Assembly: GCA_029006345.1 (NCBI GenBank)
Contig: JAQXGK010000073.1
Location: 13,822 to 77,821 of the forward strand
DNA length: 64,000 nt
DNA from: Bacillota bacterium
Lineage (GTDB): Bacteria > Bacillota > Clostridia > Oscillospirales > SIG627
Direction: 5' to 3'
Part shown: piece by piece, positions 1-9,047 of the stretch
How positions within the stretch are numbered: the first letter of the stretch is position 1
Layout of the letters: every line of letters begins with the position of its first letter
The notes under the pieces: model-generated
The model's database searches: none
What the model was told of the DNA's origin: nothing
The model's input: the letters and a program-made list of their open reading frames with translations, nothing else
Made by a program: the position numbers and the translations under genes

Positions 1-1512
1 TCGTCGATTTATATCAACCCCCTCACCGAAAGCGAAAAGCTCGCCAAGTTTGAGGAAAGAATGAAGACCTGCAGAATACTGGTTAATACCCCGTCTTCTC
101 ACGGCGGTATAGGCGATCTGTACAACTTCAAACTCGCGCCGTCACTCACTCTGGGCTGCGGCTCATGGGGCGGAAACTCGGTTTCCGAAAATGTCGGCAT
201 CAAACATCTTTTGAATATAAAAACAGTGGCAGAGAGGAGAGAAAACATGCTGTGGTTCCGCACTCCTTCAAAGGTATATATTAAAAAAGGCTGCCTTCCG
301 GTCGCTCTTGACGAGCTCGGCAATGTATTAAACAAAAAGAAGGTATTTATAGTAACCGATACCTTCCTGTTTGAAAACGGCTATACAAAGCCGGTGACCG
401 ATAAGCTGGACGAATTGGGCATAACACACGCGACCTTCTCTAATGTCTCCCCCGACCCGACGCTTGCCTGCGCCCGAGAGGGAGCAAAGCTGATGTCAGC
501 CTTCAAGCCCGACTGCATTATCGCCGTCGGCGGCGGCTCGGCTATGGACGCCGCCAAGATTATGTGGGTCCTGTACGAACACCCCGAGGCCGACTTTATG
601 GATATGGCTATGCGCTTTGTCGATATCCGCAAGCGCGTATATACCTTCCCGAAAATGGGCGAAAAGGCCTACTTCATAGCTGTTCCCACCTCTGCCGGAA
701 CCGGAAGCGAGGTCACACCCTTTGCGGTAATTACCGACGAGCAGACAGGCATCAAATATCCGCTCGCTGACTATGAGCTTCTCCCGAATATGGCTATAGT
801 TGACGCCGATATGATGATGAACGCACCTAAGGGACTGACCAGTGCCTCGGGTATAGACGCGGTATCTCACGCGCTTGAGGCTATTGCCTCAATGATGGCG
901 ACCGACTATACCGACAGTCTCGCCGAGCGTTCGCTCAAAATGATATTCGAATATCTTCCGAGGGCATACGACAACGGTCCCAACGACCCCGAAGCGCGCG
1001 AGAAAATGGCTAATGCCGCAACTATGGCGGGCATGGCGTTTGCAAATGCTTTTCTCGGAATCTGCCATTCAATGGCGCACAAGCTCGGTGCCTTCCATCA
1101 CCTTCCCCACGGAGTTGCCAACGCGCTTATGCTGGAGGAAGTAATTAGATTCAATTCATCGGAGGCTCCGTGCAAAATGGGCACCTTCCCGCAATACGAT
1201 CATCCGCACACACTTGCCCGCTACGCCGCCACCGCCGAGTATCTCGGATTCAAGGGTAAGAGCGACGCCGAATCTGTCGAAAATCTCATAAAGGCTGTAA
1301 ACAACCTCAAGGCAAAAGTCGGCATCAAGTCCGCCATACGCGACTACGGCGTTGATGAAAAGGACTTTCTCGACCGCCTCGACGAAATGACCGAGCAGGC
1401 TTTCGACGATCAGTGTACCGGCGCAAATCCGCGCTATCCGCTCATGAGCGAAATCAAAGAAATGTATCTCAACGCATACTACGGCAGGGACGCCCGCAAG
1501 TCAGCCGAATAA
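1..1512 (+). CDS. adhE: Bifunctional acetaldehyde-CoA/alcohol dehydrogenase AdhE, C-terminal part (5' end outside window)
   Basis: Frame 1 is open from base 1, with no stop before the ORF-track ATG at 61, so the gene is cut by the window edge. The translation shows the end of the aldehyde dehydrogenase domain ([42 protein letters not shown]). A complete iron-type alcohol dehydrogenase domain follows ([24 protein letters not shown]). Confidence 0.9.
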   Translation, partial: SSIYINPLTESEKLAKFEERMKTCRILVNTPSSHGGIGDLYNFKLAPSLTLGCGSWGGNSVSENVGIKHLLNIKTVAERRENMLWFRTPSKVYIKKGCLPVALDELGNVLNKKKVFIVTDTFLFENGYTKPVTDKLDELGITHATFSNVSPDPTLACAREGAKLMSAFKPDCIIAVGGGSAMDAAKIMWVLYEHPEADFMDMAMRFVDIRKRVYTFPKMGEKAYFIAVPTSAGTGSEVTPFAVITDEQTGIKYPLADYELLPNMAIVDADMMMNAPKGLTSASGIDAVSHALEAIASMMATDYTDSLAERSLKMIFEYLPRAYDNGPNDPEAREKMANAATMAGMAFANAFLGICHSMAHKLGAFHHLPHGVANALMLEEVIRFNSSEAPCKMGTFPQYDHPHTLARYAATAEYLGFKGKSDAESVENLIKAVNNLKAKVGIKSAIRDYGVDEKDFLDRLDEMTEQAFDDQCTGANPRYPLMSEIKEMYLNAYYGRDARKSAE

Positions 1513-1534
1513 AATAAAGAAAGGGACTTCGCAT

Positions 1535-2278
1535 ATGTTTGAAAAGGTTTTGGCGCAAAGAGCTCACAAAACAATATATAAGGACGGCGACAGCGTCATA
1601 AAGGTCTTTGATGAGTGCTATTCCAAGGCGAATGTTCTGAACGAAGCTCTCAATCAGGCACGAATCGAAGAAACCGGTCTGAATATACCGAAAATCCGTG
1701 AGGTCAGCAAAATTGACGGAAAATGGGCCATTACGCTCGATTATATAGAGGGCGTTACTCTCGCTTCACTGATGGAGCAAAATCCGGATAAAACAGAAGA
1801 ATACCTCGAACGCTTTGTCTCTATCCAGTGTGAGATTCTTTCCAAGAAGTGCCGTTATCTGAATAAACTGAGAGATAAGATGACCTCTAAAATTGAAATG
1901 ACAGATCTCGACGCAACAGCAAAGTACGACCTCAACACCCGGCTCGCAGCCATGCCGAGACGCAACAAGGTGTGCCACGGTGATTTCAACCCGTCAAACA
2001 TCATAATCACACCCGACGACCGGGCATATATACTCGATTGGTCGCACGCTACGCAAGGCAATGCCTCTGCCGATGCCGCCCGCACCTATCTTCTCTTCCG
2101 TCTGGCAAATGCCGGCTACGCCGACAGATATCTTGAAATATTCTGCGCAAAACACAATATCAGCCTGAAATACGTCCAGAACTGGCTTCCCATTGTTGCC
2201 GCTTCGCAGTCCGTTAAGGGAAATGCGCACGAAAGAGAGTTTTTACAGCGTTGGATTGATGTAGTCGATTACGATTGA
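1535..2278 (+). CDS. Phosphotransferase-family (APH/choline-kinase-like) small-molecule kinase, substrate unknown
   Basis: 247-aa ORF starting 22 nt after adhE. It has the catalytic-loop motif HGDFNPSNIII and a downstream ILDWSHA, typical of the aminoglycoside/choline kinase fold. Confidence 0.7.
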   Translation: MFEKVLAQRAHKTIYKDGDSVIKVFDECYSKANVLNEALNQARIEETGLNIPKIREVSKIDGKWAITLDYIEGVTLASLMEQNPDKTEEYLERFVSIQCEILSKKCRYLNKLRDKMTSKIEMTDLDATAKYDLNTRLAAMPRRNKVCHGDFNPSNIIITPDDRAYILDWSHATQGNASADAARTYLLFRLANAGYADRYLEIFCAKHNISLKYVQNWLPIVAASQSVKGNAHEREFLQRWIDVVDYD

Positions 2279-2292
2279 AAGGATGTATAAAG

Positions 2293-2679
2293 ATGTTAGA
2301 ACCCGGAATAAAAGGCTTGTCAAAGACAGCCGTTACGGAAGATAAAACAGCAAAAGCCTATGGTAGCGGCGAGCTCAGAGTTTTTGCCACGCCTGCGATG
2401 ATCGCTCTTATGGAGCAGACCTGCTACCAAAGCGTGGCTTCATATCTCGAACAAGGCCAAGGCACCGTCGGAACAATGCTTTCGGTGGAACACACTGCTG
2501 CCACACCGGTTGGAATGACAGTTACCTGCGAGAGCGAGCTCATCGCCGTTGACGGCAGAAAGCTCACCTTCCGCGTGACCTGTTCCGACGAAAAGGGCGA
2601 GATCGGCCGCGGAACTCATGAGCGGTTTATTATCTTTAACGACCGCTTCACCGAGAAAACATACGCAAAGCTTAATTGA
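2293..2679 (+). CDS. Hotdog-fold thioesterase family protein
   Basis: The ORF-track start at 2275 is a TTG overlapping the upstream stop. The ATG at 2293 has AAAGGA 9 nt upstream and is preferred. Size (128 aa) and the pattern (FATPAMIALMEQTC...MLSVEHTAATPVGMTV) fit small hotdog thioesterases; this is a family-level call only. Confidence 0.6.
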   Translation: MLEPGIKGLSKTAVTEDKTAKAYGSGELRVFATPAMIALMEQTCYQSVASYLEQGQGTVGTMLSVEHTAATPVGMTVTCESELIAVDGRKLTFRVTCSDEKGEIGRGTHERFIIFNDRFTEKTYAKLN

Positions 2680-2697
2680 AATAACGTATAGCAAACT

Positions 2698-2733
2698 AAA
2701 AAACCGGTTGAGAATCATCTCAACCGGTTTTTT
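2698..2733. terminator. Bidirectional rho-independent terminator between convergent genes
   Basis: Perfect 10-bp stem CCGGTTGAGA (2704-2713) / TCTCAACCGG (2718-2727) with a 4-nt loop. It is flanked by A6 (2698-2703) and T6 (2728-2733), so it can terminate both the + strand unit ending at 2679 and the - strand array ending at 2732. Confidence 0.8.
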
Positions 2734-3424
2734 ATATATTCTCATCTAACCAAGCCTGAACCACCGGCTTATCGGTGCTTTCCATAAACGGGTGAAGACT
2801 ATCCGGCGCAACGGTAAGCGAACAGGAAAACTTTTCACAGAATCCGCGCACTGCCTGTTCGGATTGCAAATTATCCATTCCCGCGTACAGTATAGCGGTC
2901 GGAAATTCCCACCTTTCTACAGGATGATCAAGTGAATAACAATAGTATTTCCACGATAACAACTCGACGGGCGTTTCAATCTCACCCTCTGCCTTTAGTC
3001 TTTCGGGAGTAATGCCAAACCACTTAAACATCTGATTGACCAGATAATTCATATCAACGATAGGCGACTGGAACAAGCATTTGCGAAAATCGAGTCCGGA
3101 ATATGTATTAAGCGCAAAATATGCGCCTATACTGCATGCAAACAGCGACAGCTCACGCCATTTATCAAATGCAAAATCGGCAATCTTGTTCAAATCGCCC
3201 ATTGCGCTCCATATGTCGCATCGTTCCGGCCGGTCTTTTCTTTCTCCGTGAGCCGGCAGGTCAAAGGAAAGCGTCTGATAACCCCTTTTCTCTGCAGTTT
3301 GCGCAAAGTCCAGAGCATATTCCTTGTATCCCGATTTGCCGTGTATATAAACATATGCTTTATCAGACTCATGTCTACATATAAGCGCAGGTATTCCGCA
3401 AATCATTTCTCTTTGTATTTTCAA
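2732..3424 (-). CDS. Alpha/beta hydrolase (esterase/lipase-like)
   Basis: 230-aa ORF with a nucleophile-elbow-like FACSIGA, HG at YIHGKSG, and a C-terminal DSLHPF. The TTG start at 3424 has AAAGGGA 9 nt upstream and overlaps the GNAT stop by 4 nt; an alternative ATG lies at 3406. Confidence 0.65.
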   Translation of the reverse strand: MKIQREMICGIPALICRHESDKAYVYIHGKSGYKEYALDFAQTAEKRGYQTLSFDLPAHGERKDRPERCDIWSAMGDLNKIADFAFDKWRELSLFACSIGAYFALNTYSGLDFRKCLFQSPIVDMNYLVNQMFKWFGITPERLKAEGEIETPVELLSWKYYCYSLDHPVERWEFPTAILYAGMDNLQSEQAVRGFCEKFSCSLTVAPDSLHPFMESTDKPVVQAWLDENI

Positions 3425-3972
3425 ACATAATCATCCCTTTCCGAAAAGCATACATATGTCAGAACATCGTGATAGGTACCGTCCTTATAAACCTTATCCT
3501 TTGCTGTGCTCTCCGAATGAAAACCGCATTTTTTCAGAACCCGGGCGCTCCTTACATTTTCGCTGAACAGCTCAGCCTCAAGACGGTGAAGTCCCAGCCT
3601 GCAAAAGGCATATCTGACCGCTGCTCTTAAAGCCTCGGTTGCGTATCCTTTGCCCCATTCGCCTGAAATCAACTGATAAGCAACGCTTCCGCGTCTGTGG
3701 GTAAGAGAAGCATACAGCGAAACAGTGCCGATAAAGCGTCCGTCCCGCCTTACCGCCCAATAGGTATACTCCGGCTGGTCGCACATATCCGTGATGCTTT
3801 CGATATACTCTATTGCCTGCTGCAACGTGTCCGCACGGTACTGCATCATAAACCTGTTAACCTCGCTGTCCCGCATCAGGCAATTATAAATGACTTCCGC
3901 GTCGTTCGTATTCAGTTTGTCAAGAATAAGCCGCGTCGTTTCAATTCGCGGTGTGCCTGCAAAATCGCACAT
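3421..3972 (-). CDS. GNAT family N-acetyltransferase (RimJ/RimL-like)
   Basis: The ORF-track version (to 4269) overlaps the permease gene. The ATG at 3972 is preceded by GGAGGAAG with 7-nt spacing, giving a 183-aa protein. RLILDKL..., WAVRRDGRFIGTVSL and WGKGYATEALRAAVRYAF fit the GNAT acetyl-CoA binding core. Confidence 0.75.
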   Translation of the reverse strand: MCDFAGTPRIETTRLILDKLNTNDAEVIYNCLMRDSEVNRFMMQYRADTLQQAIEYIESITDMCDQPEYTYWAVRRDGRFIGTVSLYASLTHRRGSVAYQLISGEWGKGYATEALRAAVRYAFCRLGLHRLEAELFSENVRSARVLKKCGFHSESTAKDKVYKDGTYHDVLTYVCFSERDDYV

Positions 3973-4025
3973 AAAGCTTCCTCCGGAAATAGAAAATCCG
4001 CCGAAATTCGGCGGATTTTTCATTA

Positions 4026-5069
4026 TTAGCCAACGATACCGGAACGCTCGATACCCTGAACAAGATACTTCTGGCAGAAGCAGTACAGGATAATAAGCGG
4101 CGCGATAATCAACAGTACTGATGTGTTCTTGATAGCCGAATTGTAAAGGTCCTGTGCGACAAACGAGCTCGAAGAAAGGCTCTTGGGCACGCTGACAATG
4201 TTCGGCAGCAAGTAGGTTCCGTCTGTGGTAAAGAACATGTTTGTATAGAAAGAGTCTGTCCACTGCCACGAGAACGAGAACAGGAACACCGTGATCATCA
4301 TGGGTACTGAAAGCGGAATAATAATCTTGACGAAGGTGCGGAAGGTACCTGAACCATCGACATATGCCGCTTCCTCAAGCTCATCCGGAACACCCTTGAA
4401 GAACTGTCTGAGCATGAATATATACAAACCGTTCTTAAATGCAATTCCGCCAAAAGAGAGAATTCCAAGCGGGACGTAGGTGTTAATAAGGTTGATGCTT
4501 GACTGGCTTACTATGCCCATTTTATTCAGAAGTCCGATTATACCGAATACATCAAAGTAGCGGAACTTCATGAACATAGAAAGCATGAGAGTCTGATGAG
4601 GAACAACCATTGTAAATATTACCGCAAAGAACAATATCTTGTTGCCCTTGAATTTGAACTTTGCAAAGCCGTATGCTACCAATGTGCATATCGCCGTTTG
4701 AACGACCGCGCAAAGCAAAGACAGGGTAAAGGTATTTAAGAATGCCTTTAAGTAATTGTTCTCAACAATGATTGCCTTATAGGTTGTCAGTGTGGGATAC
4801 TTCGGAATCAGCTTGACCGTAACATCTACAAAGTCCTCAGGGCTCATGAACGAGCCTGCAATCTTCGAGATAAACGGGAAAAGGACGATGTACGAAATAC
4901 CGATAAGAAGGACAAGGCGGAATATAACAAGTACTACTTTCTTGAGAAAGAATCCCGAAAAATACTTGAGCTTCATTCTCTGGGCTTGTGTAAGCTTGCC
5001 GTCGAAATCGACCTTCATAGCTTTTCTTTCTTGCTTTCTGCCGACCTTGCCGGTTTTTGTAGAATTCAT
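4026..5069 (-). CDS. Carbohydrate-type ABC transporter permease (second pair, MalG-like)
   Basis: 347 aa with multiple TM segments and an EAA coupling loop (DELEEAAYVDGSGTFRTFVKIIIP). AAAGGAGG lies 8 nt upstream of the ATG at 5069. Confidence 0.85.
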   Translation of the reverse strand: MNSTKTGKVGRKQERKAMKVDFDGKLTQAQRMKLKYFSGFFLKKVVLVIFRLVLLIGISYIVLFPFISKIAGSFMSPEDFVDVTVKLIPKYPTLTTYKAIIVENNYLKAFLNTFTLSLLCAVVQTAICTLVAYGFAKFKFKGNKILFFAVIFTMVVPHQTLMLSMFMKFRYFDVFGIIGLLNKMGIVSQSSINLINTYVPLGILSFGGIAFKNGLYIFMLRQFFKGVPDELEEAAYVDGSGTFRTFVKIIIPLSVPMMITVFLFSFSWQWTDSFYTNMFFTTDGTYLLPNIVSVPKSLSSSSFVAQDLYNSAIKNTSVLLIIAPLIILYCFCQKYLVQGIERSGIVG

Positions 5070-5086
5070 TTCGTATACCTCCTTTC

Positions 5087-6073
5087 TTAGTCTCTGCGCT
5101 GATAGAAGACGAAGGCGGAAATAATTCCGGCTACGGCTGCTATTATGAGAATTACAAGTAAGAAGTACATCCAGGACATCGCAGACGAAAGAACATTTCC
5201 TCCGCTTTGCGTGTAAACCTCGTTGATGTAAGTCATAACCTGATTAGAGCTTGATGTGAACGAGTCGATAATGGTATAAATCGAATTTACCAATATCATC
5301 GGGCTGATCATCGGGAATGTAATCTTCCAGAAGGTTTCCCAAGCCGTCGCACCCTCTACGGTACAGGACTCGTAAATAGCCGGTGATATGGACTGTAGGC
5401 CTGCGAGGAAGATAAGCATCTGAACACCGGACTTGTTTACAATGTTGTATATGTTATTGACTATATCGACGACATAATCAACAAGGCTCTGTCCGACCTT
5501 CATATTCCTGAACAGGAGCTGGATATCGACTGACGATATAATTTCGGAAGCTTTGCTCGAGGACTCGCCTCCCGTATCTATCGACTCTCCGCTGCCGTAG
5601 TAGCTTGCGAAGGAGTTGTTCATATCGATTTTCTCAACAATACCGGTAGAAAGAATAACCGGTATGAAGAATATTGCTCTGAACAATGTTCTGCCGGCCA
5701 TCTTCTGATTAAGAAGAATAGCCATAAAGAGCGAGAAGATGACGATTGCCGGGATGTTAAACAAAAGATTCTGTATTCCCGTTACAAGCGTTTCAACATA
5801 GCTCGGGTCGACAAACAGTGCGTTTGAATAGTTATCAAAGCCAACCCAGTCAAGGTCGTATCCGCCGCCCTTAAGTATTACTATCTCATGGAAGCTGTAG
5901 TTAATGGAATTGCACACTATCGGTACATAGATAGTCAGGAAAATAATTACGAAAGGCAGGACGAACAGCCAACCCATACGAGCTTTTCTCTTGTCGAGTG
6001 ACTTTGGCTTGGTCTTTTTCTTGGGAGCCACTGCTGCGACTTTCGGTGCCTTTACTTTTGCTTCACCGTTCAT
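5087..6073 (-). CDS. Carbohydrate-type ABC transporter permease (second pair, MalF-like)
   Basis: Polytopic membrane protein with an EAA-like loop (AIYESCTVEGATAWETFWKITFP). The ORF-track GTG at 6082 abuts the SD. The ATG at 6073 sits 9 nt after GAAAGGAAAGG and is preferred. The N-terminus is lysine-rich and cytoplasmic. Confidence 0.85.
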   Translation of the reverse strand: MNGEAKVKAPKVAAVAPKKKTKPKSLDKRKARMGWLFVLPFVIIFLTIYVPIVCNSINYSFHEIVILKGGGYDLDWVGFDNYSNALFVDPSYVETLVTGIQNLLFNIPAIVIFSLFMAILLNQKMAGRTLFRAIFFIPVILSTGIVEKIDMNNSFASYYGSGESIDTGGESSSKASEIISSVDIQLLFRNMKVGQSLVDYVVDIVNNIYNIVNKSGVQMLIFLAGLQSISPAIYESCTVEGATAWETFWKITFPMISPMILVNSIYTIIDSFTSSSNQVMTYINEVYTQSGGNVLSSAMSWMYFLLVILIIAAVAGIISAFVFYQRRD

Positions 6074-6097
6074 TAGATTCACCCTTTCCTTTCATAA

Positions 6098-9025
6098 TTA
6101 TGATGCGGATGAATCCGCAGGAGCGCCGTCATCAGCTGCGGCGTCAACGTCTGCGTTTTCATCCTCAGGCTCAGGAGCCTTGATATCTGCAAATTCCTCG
6201 GCTGTGCCGACAAGATAGCCCATAGGAGCGATCTTTGTGTCGTTTCCGACTGTAACTTCTTGATTGTTATAGTTAAGAAGGAAGCATATACCATTGTCAT
6301 AGGTGACCTTGACAACGCGGTAATCGACGAACTCGTGAGCGTCTATGAGAGCATTCTTGACCTGCTTGAGATCGCTGTTTATCTCTTTGTAAATCGAGAT
6401 AAGATCATCGTACCAAATGCTGTATGCGACTGAGAAGTAATCCGAGAACTCGGTGTTCTTAAGCTCACTTGTGTTGTCGTAAGAAAGAACGAAGTACGGA
6501 TCGGCGCCGTTCTCAATAGTTTTGAGAAGCGTGGTCTTATAGTCGCCTGCAAGGTTGAGCGCCTCACCAGCAAAGTTGATGTAGCCGTGAAGCACGATAC
6601 CTACGAAAGGTACATCCTCGCTTGCAGCAAGACGTGAGCTCGATTCAAGCGGTACATCAAGAATATGAGAAGCGTATTGATATACATACGAGTTGCCGCC
6701 GGTGGTAAGGATTTCATAGCCTGCATCGTTTACTTCGCCGAGCATATCGGTAACAAGCTTTCTGGAATCCTCACGGTTGATGGGCATGTCCTCGTTGTGG
6801 TCGGTATTCAGCGAATCGCCGATGGAACCGAGTGAAATACCGGTATTTTCGAACTCGGAATAATCCTTGTTCATCTTTTCAAAGAACGAGCTGAGAACAT
6901 TTGCCGAGATTATCATGGGTCCGCGGTTGTTAAAGGTTTGAGCTATCGGATCGTAAGTCTTTCTGAGAGCTGCCTTGCCTTCAACTGTCTGAGCGGCGTC
7001 ATCCTTATAGTTGAAACCGTCGAACCACCCGTCAGACTGAACGTATGTAAAGTCAAAGTCGGGGAAGAAACCGATATTGTTTTCCTTAGTGAAATCAACA
7101 AGATCCTGGAAACCTTTGTCTCCGCCGAGCTTGCTTTCGACATCTACTTGGGTCGGAGGAGTGTAAACCATACCGCCGTTGCACCATCCGAGGTAGCGCA
7201 AATTGATGTTGGTAATTCCCTCATCCATAAGCTCGGAAAGCATTGTCTTGGCCTGTTCAAAGGTAGTAAGGGTTGTCTTGACAGTGACCGGCATACCGAT
7301 TATACGCTGGGTAGTTTCGATATCGCCGAAGGTCTCGAGATACAGCGGGATGTCCTCGCTGTCGTCGACAGTCTTGTTGATGATACCCTCTTTCTCAAGG
7401 TAATTTCTGTAGGCCTTTGCCATACCGACATAGTCAGCGTCTTCATCCTTGAGCATTACTATCTTAAGAGTGTAGTTGCCGGTATATTTTCTCTGCGCCT
7501 CAACCTCATAGGTTGCGCTGGCACCCGAAACAGTAATACCGTCGAGCGGATAACTGTCGCGCTGGCGCGGGAACACCGTCATAAATACAGACTGATATTT
7601 GTGAAGTGTACCGCCGTGCTCGCTTGTCAGCTGCGAAAGCGACGCACCCTCTTCTATTATTGCTACATAGCCCTCAGTAGATTTGGTAACTTCCTTTTCG
7701 GTCGTCCAATCATACTGCTGATTACCCTGACTGTCGAGAATCGGATTTCCTGCTTCATCAACAATTACGGTTGAAACATTCTTGGAATGTGTAACCGCGG
7801 TATCACGGATTACGCCGTATACGGGAATACGCCATGTTTCCATGTTTCCGCCGGTCACTTCGTGGAATCCGAAGTCGTTGCCGTACATCTTACCGGTGAT
7901 TGTTACCGAATTCTGTCCGACATCCTCAAAACGCACCAATGTGCCGGAGCCGTCGGGGATAAATGTATATCCGGTTTCGTCGTAGTTTCCTGCACCGAAG
8001 TAAGGAAGAATCGAAACGCTGGTAAGCTTGTAGATGGATGAGTCAAACTGAATACCGTTTGCAGGAAGTCTGACCTTTATGCCGTCCTCCTCGATGTAGT
8101 ATTCGAGAGCCATCTTAAACAAGGGAGGTGAAGTGTCCTCAAGAACATATCCCGTTTCCTCGTGGTCGGCAATCATGTCTTCCATCGTGTAATCGGTAAA
8201 TTTCTTGACGTAGCCTTCAAGAGTATCAAGTTCCTTGTCGGATATATCCGATACAAGTACGTAAACCGGCATTTCCTCTGCTATCGGATACTGCTTGAGT
8301 ATTTCATCCTTTTCCTTCTTGGTGAGTGTTTCATTGTTGATATCGATAAGCGTATAGAATGCCGTTATTTTGTTTCTTTCAAAATCGCTTGAAATTTTTG
8401 AGAGAATGTGTTCCTCAAATCTCATCTGAGAGATACATCTCGGAACCAGCTTTCTCTTGGCGGTCTTACCTATAGCGTATTCTACGCGGATACCGCCTTT
8501 GATAGCCTTGAGCTGGATCTGCGAGCTCTGAGCAGCGTGTGTAAAGCTGTTGAACTCATACTCCTTGTCGTTATCCTTGTACTTGAGGATAATCTGAGAA
8601 AGGAGGTCCGCCTTGACGCTTGCGGAAGATGCCGTGCTTCCGATGTCGTAGGGGTTTGTGAAAAGGATCTGTCCCGTAGTCGTATTCTTTACCGCGACTT
8701 CGCCTGTAAACTCATGGTAGTACAGTTCATATCCGTAGTTTGAATACTTGAGCACCATTGTCTCAAGCTTGGCTTCGGGAGTGGCATAAGCCTCAGCGGT
8801 GTAGTCGATGGCAGCTTCGCCTTCTTCGCCCTCTTCGCCGCTTTCAGCGCCTTCCGTTGTGGTGACTGTGCTGTCACCGGTGGCCGCAGACGTTGTATCG
8901 CCTGCCGCCGTTGTTGAATCTGCTGCCGTTACCTCATCTGCGTAAGAAGTCAGAACAGAAGAGCATGTAATACTGAATAGCATTACAAAAGCAAGCAAGA
9001 GTGACATGAATTTAATTTTTCTCAT
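6098..9025 (-). CDS. Secreted 975-aa protein of unknown function (DUF5696-like from memory; possible glycosidase-like barrel)
   Basis: AGGAG lies 7 nt upstream of the ATG at 9025. It has an N-terminal signal peptide (MRKIKFMSLLLAFVMLFSITCSSVLTSYA), a Thr/Ser/Gly/Glu-rich linker and an acidic C-terminal tail. No catalytic motif was recognised with certainty. The segment NINLRYLGWCNGGM...GFFPDFDF is reminiscent of (beta/alpha)8 glycosidase-like proteins. Confidence 0.55.
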   Translation of the reverse strand: MRKIKFMSLLLAFVMLFSITCSSVLTSYADEVTAADSTTAAGDTTSAATGDSTVTTTEGAESGEEGEEGEAAIDYTAEAYATPEAKLETMVLKYSNYGYELYYHEFTGEVAVKNTTTGQILFTNPYDIGSTASSASVKADLLSQIILKYKDNDKEYEFNSFTHAAQSSQIQLKAIKGGIRVEYAIGKTAKRKLVPRCISQMRFEEHILSKISSDFERNKITAFYTLIDINNETLTKKEKDEILKQYPIAEEMPVYVLVSDISDKELDTLEGYVKKFTDYTMEDMIADHEETGYVLEDTSPPLFKMALEYYIEEDGIKVRLPANGIQFDSSIYKLTSVSILPYFGAGNYDETGYTFIPDGSGTLVRFEDVGQNSVTITGKMYGNDFGFHEVTGGNMETWRIPVYGVIRDTAVTHSKNVSTVIVDEAGNPILDSQGNQQYDWTTEKEVTKSTEGYVAIIEEGASLSQLTSEHGGTLHKYQSVFMTVFPRQRDSYPLDGITVSGASATYEVEAQRKYTGNYTLKIVMLKDEDADYVGMAKAYRNYLEKEGIINKTVDDSEDIPLYLETFGDIETTQRIIGMPVTVKTTLTTFEQAKTMLSELMDEGITNINLRYLGWCNGGMVYTPPTQVDVESKLGGDKGFQDLVDFTKENNIGFFPDFDFTYVQSDGWFDGFNYKDDAAQTVEGKAALRKTYDPIAQTFNNRGPMIISANVLSSFFEKMNKDYSEFENTGISLGSIGDSLNTDHNEDMPINREDSRKLVTDMLGEVNDAGYEILTTGGNSYVYQYASHILDVPLESSSRLAASEDVPFVGIVLHGYINFAGEALNLAGDYKTTLLKTIENGADPYFVLSYDNTSELKNTEFSDYFSVAYSIWYDDLISIYKEINSDLKQVKNALIDAHEFVDYRVVKVTYDNGICFLLNYNNQEVTVGNDTKIAPMGYLVGTAEEFADIKAPEPEDENADVDAAADDGAPADSSAS

Positions 9026-9047
9026 TACTTTTCTCCTAATCTTATTT

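Noticed and set aside
3973-4269. N-terminal 99-codon extension of the GNAT ORF, which would overlap the end of the permease gene by about 245 nt.
   Set aside because: A strong GGAGGAAG SD sits 7 nt before the internal ATG at 3972, and the resulting 183-aa protein is normal GNAT size. The extension has no domain content and overlaps a well-supported gene.
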